From the NCBI GenBank assembly GCA_033764955.1, contig JANRIL010000038.1, positions 96,001 through 160,000 of the forward strand: a stretch of 64,000 nucleotides of DNA, given 5' to 3'. Shown piece by piece: positions 9,838 to 19,610 of the stretch; the first letter of the stretch is position 1; the number at the start of each line of letters is the position of its first letter. A model generated the notes under the pieces. The model ran no database searches. It saw only the letters and a program-made list of their open reading frames with translations, and had not been told where the DNA came from. Position numbers and translations under genes: made by a program. Source of the DNA: Cyanobacteriota bacterium (GTDB lineage: Bacteria > Cyanobacteriota > Cyanobacteriia > Thermostichales > Thermostichaceae).

Positions 9838-10761
9838 ATGCTAGGGGGTGTCTGTCCTAACCAGAATTTTCTGGATGGTTTATGGGGATCCGTCAGGGGA
9901 GTTGCTACTCTTAAACCTGGTCTGTCTCGGTGTGTCACTTTGACTGCTTCCTCTTTTGACCCCAGTGGGTTGGATGCCCAGTTAATTCCCCTAGCCCTGG
10001 ATCTGGCGGATGCGGCTGGCGAGGTGATCCGCCCCTTGTTTCGAGGGGAGCTGCACGCGGAATATAAACCCGCCGCGTCTCCGATTGTGACGATTGCCGA
10101 CCGCCAAGCCGAACAACGGATGCGGCAGATCTTGAGTGAGCGAGTGCCGCACCATGGAGTGATTGGGGAGGAATTTGGCCGAAAGGAGGCGGATAGCCCC
10201 TATACCTGGGTGTTGGATCCGCTGGATGGGACGATTGGGTTTTCTACGGGCAAGCCTTTGTTTGGCACTTTGATTGCGCTGCTGCTGGAGGATCAGCCCA
10301 TTTTGGGCATCATCGATCAACCGATTTGGCGGGAGCGCTGGCTAGGGATCCGTGGGCGGGTCACCACCTATAACGGTCAGCCCGTTCAGAGCAAAGCTAA
10401 CCGGGATCTGAGGAAAGCTTATCTGAGTACCACCTCCCCCGATCTATTTGCCACCCCTGACCAGAAAAGATACCTACATCAATTACGGCAGGTGGTGTCT
10501 GTAACGTCGTTTGGGGGGGATTGTTATCAATATGGCTTGTTGGCGCTGGGCTGCCTGGATGTGATCCTGGAGCGCTCCCTGGCTCTCTATGATTTTGCCG
10601 CCCTGATTCCCGTGATTGAGGGGGCGGGGGGGGTGATCACCGACTGGCAGGGATCCCCGCTTCACCAGGGATCTCCTGGGGAGGTGCTGGCAACGGCCAA
10701 CCCGCAACTGCACCAACAAGTTTTGCAGCTATGGTCTGCCAGCCCTGTGGAGGAGATTTAA
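9838..10761 (+). CDS. hisN: Histidinol-phosphatase, inositol monophosphatase family
   Basis: VTIADRQAE, GEEFG, WVLDPLDGT, GGDCYQY, YDFAALIPVIEGAGG. True start may be TTG 9940. Confidence 0.85.
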   Translation: MLGGVCPNQNFLDGLWGSVRGVATLKPGLSRCVTLTASSFDPSGLDAQLIPLALDLADAAGEVIRPLFRGELHAEYKPAASPIVTIADRQAEQRMRQILSERVPHHGVIGEEFGRKEADSPYTWVLDPLDGTIGFSTGKPLFGTLIALLLEDQPILGIIDQPIWRERWLGIRGRVTTYNGQPVQSKANRDLRKAYLSTTSPDLFATPDQKRYLHQLRQVVSVTSFGGDCYQYGLLALGCLDVILERSLALYDFAALIPVIEGAGGVITDWQGSPLHQGSPGEVLATANPQLHQQVLQLWSASPVEEI

Positions 10762-11753
10762 TGATCGAGGCTGAGGCCATACCAGAAATCAGCCAAGGGG
10801 TTCAACCGGAATGGGGGATGGGCATGGAGTGGGGTTGGGGGAGTGGGGGAAAGGGTTGGTGGGCAGGGATCCCGATTTTGTGGGGAATCCTGCTGCTGTT
10901 GGTGGTGCTGGCGGGTTGTGGGAGTTGGGAGAAAAGCCGCGTGGTGACAGTGGTAGACCCGCAACCGGATGCTGGAGTCGGAGAACGGGGGTTTGATATC
11001 GAGGTGCGGTTTGGGGATGACAGTTTTACGCTGGCTCAGCAGGCAGCCTTTGAACGAGCGGCTAGTCGCTGGATGACCATCATGACCAGTGATCTGTCCA
11101 ATATTGCCCTCTCCCTGCCCAGTCATGCCTGTTTGCAGGGGCTGCCGGCGGTAAATCAGGCGGTTGATGATTTGCTGATCGATGTGTTGGGGGTAGTGAT
11201 CGATGGCCGAGCCGGAGTGCTGGGGGCGGCCAGTCCTTGTGTTTTGCGCCGTTCGAATCAGTTGCCCGTCTATGGATTTATTCAGTTTGACATCGAGGAT
11301 GTCGTGCTGCTGGAGGAGCGGGGGCAGCTAGAAACGGTGATTGTACATGAGATGGGTCATGTGTTGGGGTTTGGCACCCTCTGGCCTCGCTTGGGGCTGG
11401 CGGTGGGGGTGGGGGGCGAGGATCCCCGGTTTGCTGGGGCACAGGCCAACCTGCAATATGGAGCGCTGGGGGGTATGGGCAGCGTGCCGATTGAAGATCA
11501 AGGTGGTTCTGGTACGGCGGATGTGCATTGGCGAGAAAGTGTTTTTGACACGGAGTTGATGACGGGATCCCTGAATGGTGGTTTGACCAACCCCCTCAGC
11601 CGACTCACCCTGGGCAGCCTACTGGATATGGGCTATCAGGTGAATTTTGCCCAGGCGGATCCCTATCAATTGCCGGAGACTGGAGCAAGGCGGCGAGCCG
11701 GAATGCCCTTACAAGAACAACTTCTACCCGTAGTGATGCAGTGGGTCGATTGA
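10761..11753 (+). CDS. Leishmanolysin-like (M8-type) zinc metallopeptidase, predicted lipoprotein
   Basis: Lipobox LAGC; HEMGHVLG; HW.E..F..ELMT; SRLTLGSLLDMGY. Confidence 0.85.
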   Translation: MIEAEAIPEISQGVQPEWGMGMEWGWGSGGKGWWAGIPILWGILLLLVVLAGCGSWEKSRVVTVVDPQPDAGVGERGFDIEVRFGDDSFTLAQQAAFERAASRWMTIMTSDLSNIALSLPSHACLQGLPAVNQAVDDLLIDVLGVVIDGRAGVLGAASPCVLRRSNQLPVYGFIQFDIEDVVLLEERGQLETVIVHEMGHVLGFGTLWPRLGLAVGVGGEDPRFAGAQANLQYGALGGMGSVPIEDQGGSGTADVHWRESVFDTELMTGSLNGGLTNPLSRLTLGSLLDMGYQVNFAQADPYQLPETGARRRAGMPLQEQLLPVVMQWVD

Positions 11754-11779
11754 GCCGTCGGTCAACTGAGTAGGCAGGG

Positions 11780-13240
11780 CTAAAACGCAGGGATATCGGC
11801 AAATTGGGGATCCCGGACGGCGTGGGCGGCTTCTCCACAGGTGCGGGGGCTGGGGAAAATTTTGCCGGGATTGGCGATAACTTGTGGATCAAAAACCTGT
11901 CTGACCCATTGCATGGTTTCGAGATCCGGTTCGGAAAACATCTCTGGCATATAGCAGCGTTTGTCGGAGCCGATGCCATGCTCCCCTGAAATACTGCCTC
12001 CCATCTGCACACACAGTTTGAGAATTTCTCCCCCCAACGCTTCCACCTGTTCCAGAGCGCCAGGGATACGGTTGTCATAGAGAATGAGGGGATGCAGGTT
12101 GCCATCTCCGGCATGAAAGACATTGGCAACGGGATAGCCATAGGTCTGACTGAGACGGGCGATCTCGCTCAAAACCGTGGGGAGTTGGCTGCGGGGAATC
12201 ACGCCATCCTGCACATAATAATTGGGGCTGAGTTTGCCCATTGCCGCAAAAGCCGCCTTGCGTCCCTTCCACATGCGGAGGCGTGCCTGGGGATCGCTAG
12301 CCACCTGCACCTGTCTGGCTCCGTTCTCCAGGCAAATGGATCGAATCCGTGCCCCTGCTTCCGCCACATCCTTAGGTAAGCCGTCAATCTCAATCAACAA
12401 AATGGCTGCTGCATCACGGGGATAGCACCCTGTTGCCACCACATCCTCCACCGCATTGATGCTGAAGGTATCCATAATTTCCATACCCGCAGGCAGAATA
12501 CCCGCCGCAATAATGTCAGAGACGGTGGATCCCGCCGCTTCCACCTGCGGAAAGTCGGCCAATAGCACGTGGATCTGAGCAGGCGCTTTGAGAATTTTGA
12601 GGGTGATTTCGGTGGCAATCCCCAGGGTGCCTTCGGATCCCACAAACAATCCGGTCAGGTCATACCCCGGCATCTCCGGCAGGGATCCCCCCAAGTCCAC
12701 CACGTCCCCCGTGGGTAAAACCACCTTTACCCCCAAGACATGGTTGGTGGTCACCCCATACTTCAGGCAATGCACCCCCCCCGAATTTTCGGCGACATTG
12801 CCGCCAATCGAGCAGACACTCTGGCTAGAGGGATCCGGCGCATAGTAATAGCCCATGCCACTTACCGCCTGGGTCACCCAGGTATTGATCACCCCTGGCT
12901 GTACCACCACCTGCCGATTGGCTAAATCCACCTGCAAAATCTGGTTCATCAAGGTCGTAGCAATCACCACCCCCCGCTCCACAGGTAACGCCCCCCCTGA
13001 CAAGCCCGTGCCAGATCCCCTAGCCACAAAAGGTACCTGTTGTTGGTGACAAACCTGGATCACCGCTGCGACTTCCGCCGTGGATCGGGGCAACACCACA
13101 ACGGCAGGCATTTGGCGATAGCTGGTCAAGCCATCACACTCATACACCAGCAACTCCTCCGGTCGCCAGATCACCCGCTGGGATCCCAGGATCCCCACCA
13201 GTTCTGCCACCAATGGGGAAGGAGTCATTCCTGTTGCCAT
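11780..13240 (-). CDS. glcD: Glycolate oxidase/dehydrogenase subunit GlcD
   Basis: RGSGTGLSGG, PDPSSQ, GSEGTLG, HAGDGNLHP, SGEHGIG. Confidence 0.93.
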   Translation of the reverse strand: MATGMTPSPLVAELVGILGSQRVIWRPEELLVYECDGLTSYRQMPAVVVLPRSTAEVAAVIQVCHQQQVPFVARGSGTGLSGGALPVERGVVIATTLMNQILQVDLANRQVVVQPGVINTWVTQAVSGMGYYYAPDPSSQSVCSIGGNVAENSGGVHCLKYGVTTNHVLGVKVVLPTGDVVDLGGSLPEMPGYDLTGLFVGSEGTLGIATEITLKILKAPAQIHVLLADFPQVEAAGSTVSDIIAAGILPAGMEIMDTFSINAVEDVVATGCYPRDAAAILLIEIDGLPKDVAEAGARIRSICLENGARQVQVASDPQARLRMWKGRKAAFAAMGKLSPNYYVQDGVIPRSQLPTVLSEIARLSQTYGYPVANVFHAGDGNLHPLILYDNRIPGALEQVEALGGEILKLCVQMGGSISGEHGIGSDKRCYMPEMFSEPDLETMQWVRQVFDPQVIANPGKIFPSPRTCGEAAHAVRDPQFADIPAF

Positions 13241-13823
13241 GCCTTTGCCCTCGTGCCAACTGTACCCATCCCTGCTCCCTCTATTCGGGGAGGCTTTGAT
13301 CCTATCAATCCCTGGTTAGGCGGTAAACTGAGGGTGAGGCTAGGTTATCAAAGAACTGGATATAGCAACCTATCGTGAATGGTAAACAGCCCTTACTCCC
13401 ATCCCCCTCCCAGGGCGAGAGAGGAGAGCTAAGAAATCTCCTGTATCGTTCCTGATTGCTATAGTCCTGATGGGATCCAAGCTGACATCACCCACAATAA
13501 TCCCCATCCTTCTGATGGACTTCCTGAATTTATTAGCCAATATGGCAAAGACTATGTAGTAACAACAGATTCTGGATCCCTTTATCGAGTCAATCCTGCG
13601 GGAGTAGTTACCCGAATTTTGGATGGAGAACGTAGCGGCTAACTGCTTGCCTCCTACACCGAAGCCAACCCCCACCCCTGAGAGTTTCCCCCCTAATCTC
13701 AGAGATCCATTCTCCTTAGAGCAACATCTGCTATCTCACGTTGACAAGCTGGCAAGGCAACTTCTTGAGATTCCTCTGCTTTGTAGGTGCTCGCTCCTCC
13801 CTCCAATCAAAGAGCAACAGAAC

Positions 13824-14354
13824 CTAGAGACGGAGGGATCCGTTGTAGAGCACCGTTGTGCGGAAGCTGCCTTTATCAACACGGATTTCGCTCTCAATAG
13901 TGGGTTCCACAAACCCTGGGGATCCCCCGCGAAAGGTGAAGACCCAATGGGTTCCTTGATCCACAAACGGGGCATCGGCGGTGGCTCCATACATGGCAGC
14001 TTCGGCTCGATAATTTTGCAAGCCCCCATTGGCAAGTTCTGCGGCCTGACGGGCTAAATTCTTGGCTCGATTCAGTTCCCAAAAACTCGTGCTGATTTCC
14101 TCAAACGTGCCCCCTGGCAGAGGACTGGGAGAAAGAATGGGCAGAGGTTCGGGAGGGGTGATGGTGGGTGGCGGGGTGGTGGGTGGCGGGGAAACCGGAA
14201 AGAGAGGAGCCACCGATTGAGCCTGAGCTAGGGGGAAAGGCGGGATCCCGGCGATAAGGATCACACTGACCTGGAGGCAGCGGGAGAGGACTCTACTCCA
14301 GCCCATTGAGGGACTCCCCATGCTTCTCCGTTGAGACAGATTCACCATAGACAA
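13824..14354 (-). CDS. Conserved cyanobacterial exported hypothetical protein
   Basis: Signal peptide, Pro-rich linker, RAKNLARQAAELANGGLQNYRAE..M. Confidence 0.7.
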   Translation of the reverse strand: MSMVNLSQRRSMGSPSMGWSRVLSRCLQVSVILIAGIPPFPLAQAQSVAPLFPVSPPPTTPPPTITPPEPLPILSPSPLPGGTFEEISTSFWELNRAKNLARQAAELANGGLQNYRAEAAMYGATADAPFVDQGTHWVFTFRGGSPGFVEPTIESEIRVDKGSFRTTVLYNGSLRL

Positions 14355-14489
14355 TTATTAACTCATTCATCCAATCATTCAGGCTACTCTTTGCAGAGAG
14401 ACACCGACAAGGACTGGGATCCCAATGGTTTTTGAGTTTAGCGGTAGTATCAAAACGATTACCTCACCTTCCCCCTACCCTCCCATCTC

Positions 14490-16184
14490 ATGAAATCTCT
14501 CTGCTGGCGATGGATCCATGGATGTCTCTTGCTATCAGGGATCCCCCTTTGGGCGGCCTGTCAGTCCATCCCCCCTAACCTTGCTCAATCTCCGGTTCCT
14601 GCCGTGCTTCAGCCACAGCCCTTGAACCAGAGCCAAAGCTGGTATGAAGGCAATCCCTCCAGCTTTGACTCAACCGATGCGGCTATTGCTTTTGCCATCG
14701 CAGTTCTGCGGGATCCCCCCAATCAGATTGCCAATCCGACAGTGGCTCAGATCACGACGGAAGTGGAGAGTCGCTTTGGCTTGCGTCTCACCTCGCAAGA
14801 GATTAACTCCAGCCAGGGGTTTGTTGTGGCCGCCAGTGACTTTGATGGAGATGGAACCGAGGGAACTTCCCTGGATGCGGCGGTTGCTTTTGCCATTGCC
14901 GTTTTGCGGGAGCCTCCCAATAGCCTGGATAATCCAACCCCTAGCCAAGTAGAGGCGGAGGTGTTGGCTCGGTTCGGGTTGGAGATAGAGATTTCCGGAA
15001 CTATACCTGACTTAGATACCAGTGATTCAGCAGAGGCTGTCAGTTTAGCTAGCGGATCTATCCACAGCCGTCGCCTGATCAGGGGATTAGATAATCCTCT
15101 GTTTGTTACTAGTCCCCCCGATGATTTTCAGCATCTATTTATTCTTGAACAAAAAACAGGGCGTATCCGCATCTGGAATTTGACCAGAAGACGCCCTTTG
15201 TCAACATTTTTGACGATTCCTGCCTCGGAACTGCTCTCGGAGGGCTATGAACAGGGGCTATTGGGTCTGGCCTTTCACCCGCAGTTTGCCAGCAACCGTC
15301 GCTTTTTTGTCAGTTATACCGCTCGGGGAGGAGGGAATGCGGGGCAGACCAAGGTAGTGGAATATCAAGCCACCTCAGATACCACCGCCAACCCCAATCC
15401 CGTTCGTACACTCTTGAGTATTCCCCAACCAGCTCAAAACCATAATGGGGGTTGGCTAGATTTTGGCTCCGATGGTTATTTGTATTGGGCTTCAGGAGAT
15501 GGGGGCGGTTCGGGCTTTTTACCAGGGATCCCCAGTTCCGCCGATAATTCCCAAGATATTACGGACAACCTGTTAGGGAAGATCCTGCGTCTGGACGTGG
15601 AGGGAGATGATTTTCCGGCGGATAACAGTCGTAACTACCGGATCCCGCCGAGCAATCCTTTTGTTGGTATCACCGGAGACGATGAGATTTGGGCCTATGG
15701 CTTACGCAATCCTTGGCGCAACAGCTTTGATCGGCTCACCGGAGATCTTTACATTGCAGATGTGGGTCAAGACAGTCGGGAAGAAGTGAACGTACAACCT
15801 GCCAGCAGCAGTGGCGGGGAAAACTATGGCTGGAATATCCGCGAGGGCACTTTAGTTATCGATCCAGACGACAATCCCCCCAATTTGGTGGATCCCGTCT
15901 ATGAATATGATCACAGCGTTGGGCAATCGATCACGGGCGGCTATGTCTATCGGGGATTCAATACGCTTTGGCAGGGAACTTATTTCTTTGCGGACTTTAG
16001 CTCCGGTCGCATCTGGTCGTTGCGCTATGAGGGAGGATTGGTCAGTTCGGTGACGGAGCGCACCCAAGAACTAGTCCCTAATCGTGGATCCATTGACCAG
16101 ATTGCCTCCTTTGGGGAGGATGCCGCCGGAAATCTCTATATCGTCGATCTTGACGGGGAAGTTTTTCGCCTGGAATTTCCTTAG
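14490..16184 (+). CDS. PQQ-dependent glucose/sorbosone dehydrogenase family protein with N-terminal duplicated repeat
   Basis: EQGLLGLAFHP, NHNGG.L.FG.DGYLY...GDGG, GKILR, AYGLRNPWR, DVGQ..REE, NYGW; possible lipobox WAAC. Confidence 0.9.
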   Translation: MKSLCWRWIHGCLLLSGIPLWAACQSIPPNLAQSPVPAVLQPQPLNQSQSWYEGNPSSFDSTDAAIAFAIAVLRDPPNQIANPTVAQITTEVESRFGLRLTSQEINSSQGFVVAASDFDGDGTEGTSLDAAVAFAIAVLREPPNSLDNPTPSQVEAEVLARFGLEIEISGTIPDLDTSDSAEAVSLASGSIHSRRLIRGLDNPLFVTSPPDDFQHLFILEQKTGRIRIWNLTRRRPLSTFLTIPASELLSEGYEQGLLGLAFHPQFASNRRFFVSYTARGGGNAGQTKVVEYQATSDTTANPNPVRTLLSIPQPAQNHNGGWLDFGSDGYLYWASGDGGGSGFLPGIPSSADNSQDITDNLLGKILRLDVEGDDFPADNSRNYRIPPSNPFVGITGDDEIWAYGLRNPWRNSFDRLTGDLYIADVGQDSREEVNVQPASSSGGENYGWNIREGTLVIDPDDNPPNLVDPVYEYDHSVGQSITGGYVYRGFNTLWQGTYFFADFSSGRIWSLRYEGGLVSSVTERTQELVPNRGSIDQIASFGEDAAGNLYIVDLDGEVFRLEFP

Positions 16185-16254
16185 CCTTGGCGGATGTTCA
16201 GCGAATGCCAACCCACTTTTCTCCAACGTCGAGAAAAAACTTCCGGCTCCCCCG

Positions 16255-16283
16255 TTGACAGGGTTGGGAGCAGGGGATATATT
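16255..16283 (+). promoter_or_regulatory. Near-consensus sigma70 promoter
   Basis: TTGACA (16255-16260), 17-bp spacer, TATATT (16278-16283). Confidence 0.8.
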
Positions 16284-16288
16284 CATTT

Positions 16289-16353
16289 ACGGTGAGGAGT
16301 GAAGAGAAGAAGCCTTTGGGGTCGAAACACGGAAAGACGCCCAAAGGCTTTTT
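16289..16353 (+). ncRNA. yfr2: Yfr2-family small RNA
   Basis: 5' GTGAGGAGT is complementary to the Yfr1 ACTCCTCAC motif; stem AAGCCTTTGGG-GTC / GAC-G-CCCAAAGGCTT; loop GAAACACGGAAA; U tail; directly downstream of a strong promoter. Confidence 0.75.
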
Positions 16354-16392
16354 CATTGGAAGCTTTATCTGTGGACAGGAATTTTACAAATA

Positions 16393-18015
16393 CTAATCTT
16401 GGCTAGATGGGGGAGAAGCCTGAGGGCTAGGAAAAGCTAGGGGAGAAGGGATCCCTAACACACTCTTGGCCTCTAGCGGAATCACCTGCATCTTGCCGCT
16501 GACGGACTCGTTTCGTCCTACCCGTTCCTGTAAGATCTGCCGCAACTCAGGGGTTTGGCTCACATCCACCGCAGATTGGTTCCAGGCAAACCCCATCAAA
16601 CGCGGCCACCGTCCGGCCAGAATATCGGTGAGAACGGCATCTACCCCGCCTGTTTCTGTGCTTGTCCACCCTTCTCCCTGCCAACCTAAGCTCAGCAAGA
16701 GGATAGGGGATCCTGGATTCAAAGCAGTCAGAGATTGATAAGCCTTCTCTACGGCTTCCGACCAGGCGGTCAGGGATCCCGACGTTGGATTGACTTGCAA
16801 TCCTAACCAGTCAAACCAGCCTTCCCCTGGAAAATCTTGACCATTTCCCCCATAAATCCAGAGGAGGTTCGGTACCGATTGCTGACGGACGGTTTGGATA
16901 ATCCGTCGATAGACTGCCTCGCCCACTTCCGCCGCGGGGGATCCCAGCACGACCATGACAGGACTAGCAAAGCTCTGGATGGACTCCGCCCAACGCTGCC
17001 ACTCCCGATCCTGAAAACCGGATTGGATCTGCTCTAGCATCTCCGGCTGGTCAGTGGGTAGCTCAATCTGAAGACAGGGTACGGATCCCGCCTCGCGGAT
17101 CCATACGGCAGCTTGAACAGGAAAAGCCGAAGACAAGTGCCACTTTTGGGTCAATCCCACCCAAGCCACGGGTTTGCCCACCGCTTGCTCATAGGCTTGC
17201 CGTTGCTCGGGGGCATTGGCTCTTTCCGTGAGGGTTGCCAAATCAACCCCGTGATAAATCTGATTGTTGGCAGGTGTGGTGGCTTTGGCTGGGGCATCCT
17301 TGGCCAGAGGGGGGGCTTCTTGAGGAATTGGGGAGGTCAGCAGCAGATCCAGACGCAGATAACGGGGGGAAAAATCCGCCCGGTCAAAGGTCAGAGAAAA
17401 GCTACGGGCTGCCGATTTGCCCTGGATGATATCTTTGGGCTGAAAGTCCTGATGGATAGGGATCCCAGTCGCAGCCTGGATTTGGCTAGGCTTGACAGCC
17501 TCATCCTGCAAAATAGCCTGCTGGAGGGTGAGGCGCAGACCATCACCGGGCGCTATCAACAATTTGGTGGTATCCAGTTGAAAGGCGATGGAGAGATCCA
17601 CCTTGCCGACCGGGTTGCCATCGGGAATTTGGGTGCGGAGCCGGAGGCTGAGATCATCACTGGCATAAACTTCCGAGTTGCTGGGGGCAGGACTGGCGAC
17701 TCCCCCACAAGTGAGGCAAGGAGCAATGCTGCTGGCATAAACAATCACATCAGCGCTAGCGGCAGTTTGCAGTTGTTCGGGATCCAGAACAAAGCTGGCC
17801 TGTAGAATTTTGGTGGGGGAGCGTTTACCGTCATCGAGATCCGCAAATTTTTGTCCGGCTGGCGTGGCGGTGCGGGTTCCGGCGGAATTGCTGTTGCTGA
17901 TCGGGTTGGTGGTCAGTCCGGTATCGCTACCACAAGCCACCAACAGCAGAACAACCGTCAGTATCCAGACCACAATCTGGGTATACCCCCGTCTCCAGGT
18001 ATTCATAAAGTTCAA
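16393..18015 (-). CDS. Lipoprotein with degenerate C-terminal GH26-like domain
   Basis: Lipobox LVAC; YEQAVGKPVAWV, FPGEGWFDWLG and WPRLMGFAW resemble the GH26 barrel. Confidence 0.6.
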   Translation of the reverse strand: MNFMNTWRRGYTQIVVWILTVVLLLVACGSDTGLTTNPISNSNSAGTRTATPAGQKFADLDDGKRSPTKILQASFVLDPEQLQTAASADVIVYASSIAPCLTCGGVASPAPSNSEVYASDDLSLRLRTQIPDGNPVGKVDLSIAFQLDTTKLLIAPGDGLRLTLQQAILQDEAVKPSQIQAATGIPIHQDFQPKDIIQGKSAARSFSLTFDRADFSPRYLRLDLLLTSPIPQEAPPLAKDAPAKATTPANNQIYHGVDLATLTERANAPEQRQAYEQAVGKPVAWVGLTQKWHLSSAFPVQAAVWIREAGSVPCLQIELPTDQPEMLEQIQSGFQDREWQRWAESIQSFASPVMVVLGSPAAEVGEAVYRRIIQTVRQQSVPNLLWIYGGNGQDFPGEGWFDWLGLQVNPTSGSLTAWSEAVEKAYQSLTALNPGSPILLLSLGWQGEGWTSTETGGVDAVLTDILAGRWPRLMGFAWNQSAVDVSQTPELRQILQERVGRNESVSGKMQVIPLEAKSVLGIPSPLAFPSPQASPPSSQD

Positions 18016-18080
18016 TCCCTAAAAAATCTGTTGAAGTACAGGGAAGGAGCAGGGCCACCCATGAGAAGTCGGGATCCCTT

Positions 18081-18926
18081 CTACCCTTGCACCTGGGTTA
18101 CTTCCTCCGGCTGAATCGTCAAGCTGCCATCGTAGAGAATTTGCCCTGGCTGCACTTCCAGACGGCGGATCGTGACATCGGGATCCAATTGGATAGGCAA
18201 GTTGCTCAAGCCCGGAATGGGGATGGGAGTGGATTGTCCCTCAGCGATCCAAGCAGGATCTACCAAAAGCAGTTGATTGCTATTTTGTGCCCTCAGTCCG
18301 GTGGTCAAGGTAATGGGCAGTTGGGATCCCTCAGGGGTTTTGAGTTGAGCCTGAATGCGAACCCGTCCCGACTCCAGAGTTACCTGAGGCTGGCTGATCA
18401 AAAAAGGCACCGCTTGCCCCCCAATGGGCAGGTTGACCTGAGCCTGAGCCAACTGCTGCTGAATCATCGGGGCTTGCAGCGTCCGGTTGAGGTCGGCTTC
18501 GGTCAGTTTCATGGCCACTTGCACGGGCACAGGCGCTAGCAGCCGCAGTTGCCCTTTGCCCTGCACGGCTTCCCCGACATTGAGGCGGATATTTTGGCCG
18601 TTTAACTGCAACTGACTAACCTGAAACCCCTGATAGCTGAGGTTATCGCCAGAAACATTGGCCTGCTGGATCGTGCCATTCAAAATGTCCGCATCGCTGC
18701 CGGTAATTTGCACATTCAAATTCTCCACACTTTCCACCTCTGAGCGAATCCAGGCGGACACCAGCGGACTCAAGAGGGAACCGGCAATTTGGGCAAAAGC
18801 AGGCCAGCTAAAGAACATAGTCGGCAAAGCAATCAAAACAGCCAAAGGAATCCTACCTGAGTGCCGCTGACGGGGCAAAGCAGGGGAGACGGGGCGGGGG
18901 CGGTGGGCGGGCAAAAATCGGAACAT
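18081..18926 (-). CDS. DUF2993 / LmeA-like protein
   Basis: WIRSEVESVENLNVQI.GSD..IL.G.I; LTEADLN..L. Confidence 0.75.
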   Translation of the reverse strand: MFRFLPAHRPRPVSPALPRQRHSGRIPLAVLIALPTMFFSWPAFAQIAGSLLSPLVSAWIRSEVESVENLNVQITGSDADILNGTIQQANVSGDNLSYQGFQVSQLQLNGQNIRLNVGEAVQGKGQLRLLAPVPVQVAMKLTEADLNRTLQAPMIQQQLAQAQVNLPIGGQAVPFLISQPQVTLESGRVRIQAQLKTPEGSQLPITLTTGLRAQNSNQLLLVDPAWIAEGQSTPIPIPGLSNLPIQLDPDVTIRRLEVQPGQILYDGSLTIQPEEVTQVQG

Positions 18927-19074
18927 GGCGGAATCACCTCAGGGGCAGCAACGAGTATCTGGCCGAAGCTAAGACTAGCCTAGAGCATCGGGATCCTCTG
19001 GCAAAAGGCGGTTCGCCGCAACCTGACCAACCCTAAATGGGGAATTTTGGCTGTGGATTCGCTCGAAAAAGTTT

Positions 19075-19527
19075 TCAACCGGCAGGCAATAGCCCCCGCA
19101 GCTTAGCGAGATATTCATCGATGTTGCGCTGGTTGCCCCCAAAGTCATACTCTCCCATCCGTCCTACCGACTGAATCTGCACCTGGGTTTTTTGGGGATC
19201 CCCTTCCACTGCCGCTAGGTTGACCGTGATGTCATCGACAAACTTAAAAAAGCGAGTGCGGGACAGCCCTTTTACCTGCATGGCTTCTTCGCTGACGGAA
19301 GCCAATTCTCCCCGATCCCACTCCTGAAACGCTTGGGAAGCCGCCCTCAACACCTGGGGGGGAGGTGCCTCGATAACCACCTGCATGGCAGCCGAGTTGT
19401 TTTTACTGGCGGCATGGGCAGGATCCATCATCAGAACATTCAGCCCTAGGGTGAAAACCAACAGGCCAAGGAGGAAGCCAACCAGAGAGAAATTAGGCAC
19501 AGCCAAACCCGTGAGCAACGGCATCAA
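19075..19527 (-). CDS. DUF1499-like protein
   Basis: TRFFKFVDD...S..RMGEYDFGGN.R.I. Confidence 0.75.
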   Translation of the reverse strand: MMPLLTGLAVPNFSLVGFLLGLLVFTLGLNVLMMDPAHAASKNNSAAMQVVIEAPPPQVLRAASQAFQEWDRGELASVSEEAMQVKGLSRTRFFKFVDDITVNLAAVEGDPQKTQVQIQSVGRMGEYDFGGNQRNIDEYLAKLRGLLPAG

Positions 19528-19610
19528 TTTAACATAAAACTTAACACCTCTGGCCTTGGGATCCCAAGGCTAAGATCGATCCTTAGACCCCCAACAACGG
19601 AGTCCTCCCG

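Noticed and set aside
19528..19570. TTAACA direct repeat (Pho-box-like) and 18-bp palindrome GCCTTGGGATCCCAAGGC
   Set aside because: Repeat period is 12 rather than 11 and has only two units; the palindrome is centred on the ubiquitous HIP octamer
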